Of a DNA stretch of 64,000 nt, positions 58,860-64,000 are shown piece by piece (position 1 is the stretch's first letter; each line of letters begins with the position of its first letter). The translations under genes were made by a program, and so were the position numbers. Origin of the DNA: an uncultured Pelagibacteraceae bacterium (GTDB lineage: Bacteria > Pseudomonadota > Alphaproteobacteria > Pelagibacterales > AG-422-B15); assembly GCA_905182145.1 (NCBI GenBank), contig CAJJAN010000029.1, positions 11,117 to 75,116 on the forward strand. The letters run 5' to 3'. The notes beneath the pieces are model-generated. The model was given only the letters and a program-made list of their open reading frames with translations, ran no database searches and was not told the DNA's origin.

Positions 58860-59057
58860 ATAGTTGAAGTAAGTGTAAAAGATAACAATGTTGAAGGTGC
58901 CCTTCGCATTCTTAAGAAAAAAATGCAGCGTGAAGGTATCTTTAAAGAGATGAAAATGCGCTCTCACTTTGAAAAACCAAGCCAAAGAAAGCTTCGTGAA
59001 AAAGCTGAAAATATTCGTCGTTCTAGAAAAAATGCTAGAAGAAAAATATTTGGCTAA
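58860..59057 (+). CDS. rpsU: 30S ribosomal protein S21, apparently initiating at AUA
   Basis: Hand translation (I/M)[70 protein letters not shown] lies at 58846..58851. There is no ATG/GTG/TTG in frame between the upstream stop (58845..58847) and the conserved N-terminus. Confidence 0.8.
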   Translation: MVEVSVKDNNVEGALRILKKKMQREGIFKEMKMRSHFEKPSQRKLREKAENIRRSRKNARRKIFG

Positions 59058-59059
59058 AA

Positions 59060-60481
59060 CTATAAAGACTTAACTATTCCTTCTACCATTTTCTTAGCAT
59101 CTGAGAATAACATCATCGTATTATCTCTATAGAATAATTCATTATCAACACCAGCGTATCCAAGCCCTCTTCCACGTTTTACAAAAAGAACTGTGTTAGC
59201 TTTTTCAACATCTAGGATTGGCATTCCAAAAATTGGACTCGTAGGATCAGTCTTTGCAATAGGATTAGTTACATCATTTGCACCAATTACAAATGCAACA
59301 TCGGCTGAAGCAAACTCTGAGTTAATATCTTCTAATTCAAATACATCGTCATAGCCAACATTTGCTTCTGCTAATAATACATTCATGTGTCCTGGCATTC
59401 TTCCTGCAACAGGATGGATAGCAAAACTTACTTTAACTCCATGTTTTTTTAATGCATCTGTCATCTCTTTAACAGTGTGTTGAGCTTGAGCTACCGCCAT
59501 ACCATATCCAGGAACAATAATAACTGAACTTGCATTCTTCATAATGAAAGCTGCATCGTCTGCACTACCTTCTTTGACTGGTCTCTGTTCTTTTGAAGAG
59601 GCATCATTATCTGAGCTGGCCTCCGCACCAAAGCCGCCAAGTATTACACTTATGAAAGATCTATTCATAGCTGCACACATTATGTATGAAAGAATGGCTC
59701 CTGATGATCCAACCAGTGCTCCAGTAATGATTAATGCTGAGTTTTGAAGAGTAAATCCTATGCCAGCAGCTGCCCAACCTGAATAAGAATTAAGCATAGA
59801 GACTACTACAGGCATGTCAGCTCCACCAATTGGTATTATAATTAGAAATCCTATTAAGAAAGATAGAGCAATAATAGCCCAAAATAAATTTTGATCTTGA
59901 TGTAAGCAAAGGTAAACAACTCCTGAAACTATAATAATTCCTATAAGTAGATTTAATAAGTGCTGTCCTTTAAAAACTATTGGTGAACCAGACATTATTC
60001 CTTGCAGCTTAGCAAAAGCAATTACAGAGCCTGAAAATGTAATTGCTCCAACAACAGCTCCAATAGAAAGCTCTACAATGCTTAAGGTATGAATGTGGTT
60101 AGTCTTATTGTCAAATATACCAAATGCTTCTGGATCATAAAACGCTGCAACCGCAACGAATACCGCTGCTAGTCCAACTAGGCTATGAAATGCTGCTACT
60201 AACTGAGGCATGTCAGTCATAGCTATACGCTTAGCAATAACAGCTCCTATTATACCTCCAATTATAATTGCCACTAAAACTAAAATGGCATCCATGTAAC
60301 GAGATGAAATATTTTGAATAATCTCTGTTGCAAATAACGTTGCAATAACAGCAATTGCCATGCCAGCCATGCCAAGCATATTACCTGTTCTTGAGGTTTC
60401 TGGAGATGACAGGCCTCTCAATGCAGTTATAAATAAGACACCTGATATTACATATGCAATAGCTACCAAATTAACTAACAT
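59060..60481 (-). CDS. pntB: NAD(P) transhydrogenase subunit beta
   Basis: Multi-TM N-half and the dIII domain motifs PGYGMAVAQAQ and HPVAGRMPGHMNVLLAEA. Confidence 0.95.
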   Translation of the reverse strand: MLVNLVAIAYVISGVLFITALRGLSSPETSRTGNMLGMAGMAIAVIATLFATEIIQNISSRYMDAILVLVAIIIGGIIGAVIAKRIAMTDMPQLVAAFHSLVGLAAVFVAVAAFYDPEAFGIFDNKTNHIHTLSIVELSIGAVVGAITFSGSVIAFAKLQGIMSGSPIVFKGQHLLNLLIGIIIVSGVVYLCLHQDQNLFWAIIALSFLIGFLIIIPIGGADMPVVVSMLNSYSGWAAAGIGFTLQNSALIITGALVGSSGAILSYIMCAAMNRSFISVILGGFGAEASSDNDASSKEQRPVKEGSADDAAFIMKNASSVIIVPGYGMAVAQAQHTVKEMTDALKKHGVKVSFAIHPVAGRMPGHMNVLLAEANVGYDDVFELEDINSEFASADVAFVIGANDVTNPIAKTDPTSPIFGMPILDVEKANTVLFVKRGRGLGYAGVDNELFYRDNTMMLFSDAKKMVEGIVKSL

Positions 60482-60802
60482 TTATTGATCCTCTTTCTTT
60501 GGTAGAGGTTTCTTTTTAAACATCGCCAACATTCTTTGAGTAACTAAAAAGCCACCAAAGATATTTACTGACGCTAAAACAACTGCAAAAAAACCAAAAC
60601 TTTTAGCAAATAATGAGTCTCCAGAACTAGCTATGAGGGCATAAAGTCCACCAACAATAATTACAGAAGAGATTGCATTTGTTACTGCCATTAATGGGGT
60701 ATGTAATGCAGGAGTAACGCTCCAAACTACGTAATAACCAACAAATATTGATAAGATAAATATTGTTAGTCTAAAAATATTAGGATCAATTGCTGCTTCC
60801 AT
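60482..60802 (-). CDS. pntAB: NAD(P) transhydrogenase alpha subunit, membrane part 2
   Basis: 106 aa with three TM helices, lying between pntAA and pntB. Confidence 0.85.
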   Translation of the reverse strand: MEAAIDPNIFRLTIFILSIFVGYYVVWSVTPALHTPLMAVTNAISSVIIVGGLYALIASSGDSLFAKSFGFFAVVLASVNIFGGFLVTQRMLAMFKKKPLPKKEDQ

Positions 60803-61914
60803 TAGATAAATTCCTTATGTATAAAAGCGCCTTCTTTAGTAAGGGCTGTGTTGATAATAATCTCATCTTCCCAGTCAATATTTAACTCGCCAGATTCAGC
60901 GTCAAATAATATTGTCATAAAATTAAGTAAGTTTTTTGAATAGAGTGCAGACGCATCTTGAGGAATATCTGAAGCAAAATCAGTAGCACCAATAATACTT
61001 ACTCCATTGACTTCCACTGTTTCACCAGGTTTTGATAATTCACAATTACCACCACTTTGTGCAGCTAAATCAATAATTACAGATCCAGGCTTCATCGACA
61101 TAACATTTTTTTCAGTAATTAAAGTTGGTGCTTTTTTACCTGGAATTAAAGCAGTACAAATTGCAATGTCCTGATTGGCTAAGGTATTAGAAATTAATTC
61201 TGCTTGTTGCCTTTTAAAGTCTTCACTCATTTCTTTAGCATAGCCACCTGCGGTTTCAGCGTCTTTTAATTCATCACTTTCAATGATTACAAATTTTCCA
61301 CCCAAACTTTCAACCTGCTCTTTCGCAGCTAGTCTTACATCTGTTGCTGACACAACTGCACCTAGCCGTTTAGCTGTTGCAATTGCTTGTAATCCAGCCA
61401 CTCCTGCTCCAAATACCATTACCTTTGCAGGAGCTATTGTCCCCGCTGCAGTCATCATCATTGGCATTGCCTTATTAAAACTATTAGATGCTTGGATAAC
61501 AGCTTTGTAGCCTGCTAAATTTGATTGAGAAGATAAAACATCCATAGACTGAGCTCTTGTAATCCTAGGCATCCATTCCATTGCAAATGCTGTAATATTT
61601 TTTTTACGTATTTGGTCTACTAACTCACGATTATTAAATGGATCAAGCATAGCTATTAAAATTGAGCTATCCTTATAGGTAGATATTTCGTCGGGGTTTG
61701 GTTTACCTACTTTTAATATAATGTCTGCTGATGCAGCTTCATTGGCTATAGTAGCTCCTGCTTCTGAATAATTGCTATCTCCAAAATTAGACTGATTGCC
61801 TGCTCCAGATTCAATTACAACTGAATGTCCTAAACCTACAAATTTTTTAACAGTATCAGGAGATGCAGCTACTCTTTTTTCTCTGTTTATTTCTTTTGGT
61901 ACAAAAATTTTCAT
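60802..61914 (-). CDS. pntAA: NAD(P) transhydrogenase alpha subunit, part 1 (dI, alanine dehydrogenase-like)
   Basis: E.RVA..P, MVFGAGVAGLQAIATAKRLGA Rossmann motif, and ALIPGKKAP. Confidence 0.9.
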   Translation of the reverse strand: MKIFVPKEINREKRVAASPDTVKKFVGLGHSVVIESGAGNQSNFGDSNYSEAGATIANEAASADIILKVGKPNPDEISTYKDSSILIAMLDPFNNRELVDQIRKKNITAFAMEWMPRITRAQSMDVLSSQSNLAGYKAVIQASNSFNKAMPMMMTAAGTIAPAKVMVFGAGVAGLQAIATAKRLGAVVSATDVRLAAKEQVESLGGKFVIIESDELKDAETAGGYAKEMSEDFKRQQAELISNTLANQDIAICTALIPGKKAPTLITEKNVMSMKPGSVIIDLAAQSGGNCELSKPGETVEVNGVSIIGATDFASDIPQDASALYSKNLLNFMTILFDAESGELNIDWEDEIIINTALTKEGAFIHKEFI

Positions 61915-61925
61915 TTTATAATTAC

Positions 61926-62036
61926 TTATACTAGGAATATGGCCATTAACACTAAGACAACGATAATAAATATACTTGATCTAAAAACCATTTTTTGAAA
62001 AAAATCGTAAGTTTTTTTATGCTCTTGAGTATCCAT
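61926..62036 (-). CDS. 36-aa single-TM peptide, aa3-type cytochrome oxidase subunit IV-like (PF07835-like)
   Basis: Hand translation MDTQEHKKTYDFFQKMVFRSSIFIIVVLVLMAIFLV*. AGGAG lies 6 nt upstream of the ATG. It resembles the MD.TQ.EKTF..F...V + TM pattern of the small proteobacterial CoxIV family (from memory). Confidence 0.55.
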   Translation of the reverse strand: MDTQEHKKTYDFFQKMVFRSSIFIIVVLVLMAIFLV

Positions 62037-62105
62037 AATTGTCTCCTAATGAAATAGCTATAATATTCAAAAAGTCCAGTTTTAATAGGGGTTTTTTTTG
62101 TTTTT

Positions 62106-63011
62106 TTACTCTGCTTTAGCAGGCTTAGAATGATCCCAGTCAGTAACTAGTACTCTTAAAGCACTAATTAAAGCCAATGGCTGATCTACCATTATATGAT
62201 GATGAGCTTCAGGAATTGCAATAATAGGAGTTTTCTTGTTTGTAAGTTCACGCATATACTTACTTGCGCTCTCGGAGAAAAGCATTGATTTTTCTCCTCT
62301 AAATACAGCAACTCTGCACTCAAGCCCTGCCAATTTATCGCTTAGAATGGCCTGTCTTGCTTTAAACCCATCGGTATTAAATATACTCATATATGTTGGA
62401 TCAAATTTCCAAGTCCAACCATCGTCAACTTTTCTTAAAGATTTTTCTGCAATAAAGTCCATTATGTAATCTAATGAATTTCCTTGTGATGGCACTAGTC
62501 TGAATCTTAATTTGGCATCTTCAATAGATTTGTATGTTTTATTTGCTTTTATTTTAAAATCAAATTTATCTGGTATTTCTGATGGAGGCATAATTGCAGT
62601 ATCTACAATCACTAGGCCGTATAATTCATCTTTGAATTGTGACGCTGCTACAACTGAGCACATTCCACCTAAACTATGACCCACAATAATTGGCTTAGTC
62701 AATTTTTCATATTTTGCTATTTCAACAATTTCTTTACCCCATAATTCTGAAGCATAATTCTCCCTCCAATCACTATCACCCATACCACTTAAGTTCATGG
62801 CTATTACTCTATGTGTCTTAGCAAAAAAAGGTGCTATAAAACTCCACCAATGAGCATGAGCCATTCCACCATGGACAAATAATATTCCTGGGTTTTCTTT
62901 TTTACCCCAAGTTAGATAGCTTATATTTGCCCCATCAACTTCTATAGAATGACTTTCAGGTTTTTGCTCTAAAGCATCTTGAAACCATTTGGGTGATTCT
63001 AAATTAGTCAT
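62106..63011 (-). CDS. Alpha/beta-fold hydrolase
   Basis: Oxyanion HGGMAH, nucleophile elbow GHSLGG, and a distal His (EAHHHIMVDQP). Confidence 0.75.
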   Translation of the reverse strand: MTNLESPKWFQDALEQKPESHSIEVDGANISYLTWGKKENPGILFVHGGMAHAHWWSFIAPFFAKTHRVIAMNLSGMGDSDWRENYASELWGKEIVEIAKYEKLTKPIIVGHSLGGMCSVVAASQFKDELYGLVIVDTAIMPPSEIPDKFDFKIKANKTYKSIEDAKLRFRLVPSQGNSLDYIMDFIAEKSLRKVDDGWTWKFDPTYMSIFNTDGFKARQAILSDKLAGLECRVAVFRGEKSMLFSESASKYMRELTNKKTPIIAIPEAHHHIMVDQPLALISALRVLVTDWDHSKPAKAE

Positions 63012-63025
63012 ATATAATAACCTTA

Positions 63026-63955
63026 TTACTTATCTTTTAATAATTTTTCAATTTCTATCTTTATTAAACTTGGTTTCAATTCTGGAATACTGTGAGCCAC
63101 GCCAGATACCTTAATTAGTTTTGAATGTGAAATTTCATTGTGAAGCTTGTAAGAATGTATCTTGTTTGGTGTAACATTATCTTCATCACCAGACATAATT
63201 GTAACAGGCAGGGTTAATTTAGCATAAGAATCTTGTTGTAATGCTAGTGCTTCTCTCAAATTTAAAGCATCGGTTGCATAAGATTCTAGGGTTTTGGGTC
63301 TTAGAATTAATGCCGCACTAGTATCATCTATATAATTAGATGGTGTCTGACCATTTGGAAAATTAGAATTTGCACTTGAAGAAATTGTAGTTTGTCCATA
63401 CAGCATAGCAAATGTATTTGTAAATAATTTACCATACAGAGGATTGGAAATAATTCTAAATGGAAGCCAGGGTTTTCCTTTTTTCCATGCATGGGAGGCT
63501 GTATTAACAACTATTAATCCACTTATTTCTTCTTCAAATTGAACTACATAAGATAATGCTAAAGCACCACCATAAGAATGTCCGACCACAATAGGCTTTT
63601 CATTTGTTATCTCTCTCACTAAACCTCTTACTAACCTAGCTTGTTGCATTAGCCTTTTTGGAGACTGTTCTTTTATAGATTCGCTATAGCCCATTCCTGG
63701 CCTATCAATACTGATTACTGTATAATTATTTTTTAACACATCTTTCAACTTATTAAATTGCTCCTGGTTTGAAGGTTGAGCATGAAGAAGAATTACTATG
63801 GGTCCACTACCTGAGATTTGATAGTGCATCTTAATATTATCTATTATTTTAAATTGTCCAGCAGGAGGATGAATTTTTTCAATTTTAGCTATTGAATATT
63901 GTGTGTAACCATAAGGCACCCCTATCAATAAAGATAGAATCAGTAAAATATTCAT
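63026..63955 (-). CDS. Alpha/beta-fold hydrolase with N-terminal signal/anchor
   Basis: N-terminal hydrophobic segment, LLHAQPS, nucleophile elbow GHSYGG, and a distal His (GVAHSIPE). Confidence 0.7.
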   Translation of the reverse strand: MNILLILSLLIGVPYGYTQYSIAKIEKIHPPAGQFKIIDNIKMHYQISGSGPIVILLHAQPSNQEQFNKLKDVLKNNYTVISIDRPGMGYSESIKEQSPKRLMQQARLVRGLVREITNEKPIVVGHSYGGALALSYVVQFEEEISGLIVVNTASHAWKKGKPWLPFRIISNPLYGKLFTNTFAMLYGQTTISSSANSNFPNGQTPSNYIDDTSAALILRPKTLESYATDALNLREALALQQDSYAKLTLPVTIMSGDEDNVTPNKIHSYKLHNEISHSKLIKVSGVAHSIPELKPSLIKIEIEKLLKDK

Positions 63956-64000
63956 AAGTAATATAATGTATTAGCCTTGACGGGCTTTCATTCTTGGATT

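Noticed and set aside
63956-64000. A relatively GC-rich tail (GCCTTGACGGGCTTTCATTCTTGGATT), considered as the start of a tRNA or small RNA, or a terminator.
   Set aside because: Only a 4-5-bp potential stem is visible, and the element, if any, runs off the window edge. There is too little sequence to call.

Overview
This window is very AT-rich (about 30% G+C by eye) and extremely gene-dense, with genes on both strands. I recognised no rRNA, tRNA, CRISPR array, transposase or integrase.

The gene order is alphaproteobacterial: tolQ-tolR-tolA-tolB-pal-cpoB-tilS-ftsH-folP-glmM, rluD-rpoH, a COQ9-like gene divergent from rpsU, a DUF1013 gene, and pntAA-pntAB-pntB. Together with the tiny or negative intergenic spacers, this fits a streamlined marine SAR11/Pelagibacterales-like genome. 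That assignment is an inference, because no search was possible.

**Left half (about 0.9-30 kb).** This is an accessory-looking catabolic island for quaternary amines and osmolytes. It contains:
- two complete betaine-type ABC importers and two DMT carriers;
- a gamma-butyrobetaine -> carnitine -> dehydrocarnitine module (BBOX, carnitine dehydrogenase, BKACE);
- acetoacetyl-CoA synthetase and a GMC choline-dehydrogenase-like enzyme;
- an Fe-ADH/ALDH pair, an amidase, a serine hydrolase, two enolase-superfamily enzymes and a DddQ-like cupin;
- a BBOX-like oxygenase translationally coupled to an HD-domain oxygenase-like protein (TmpA/TmpB- or PhnY*/PhnZ-type).

No transcription factor is encoded in the island.

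**Right half (30-64 kb).** This is core housekeeping: translation, the Tol-Pal system, purine genes, the tkt-gap-pgk-fba operon and transhydrogenase.

**Most notable observations:**
- a single enolase-superfamily gene (13789..14925) at roughly 48-50% G+C, with foreign codon usage, inserted seamlessly into an AT-rich operon;
- the BBOX-like/HD oxygenase pair;
- a DddQ-like cupin lacking the catalytic Tyr;
- an Hjc-like PD-(D/E)XK nuclease at the position normally held by ruvC/ruvAB/ybgC;
- an rpsU gene that appears to start at AUA;
- unannotated mini-ORFs (tandem entericidin-like lipoproteins and a 36-aa COX-IV-like peptide upstream of pntA).

All family calls rest on motifs I recognise in the translations, not on database searches.
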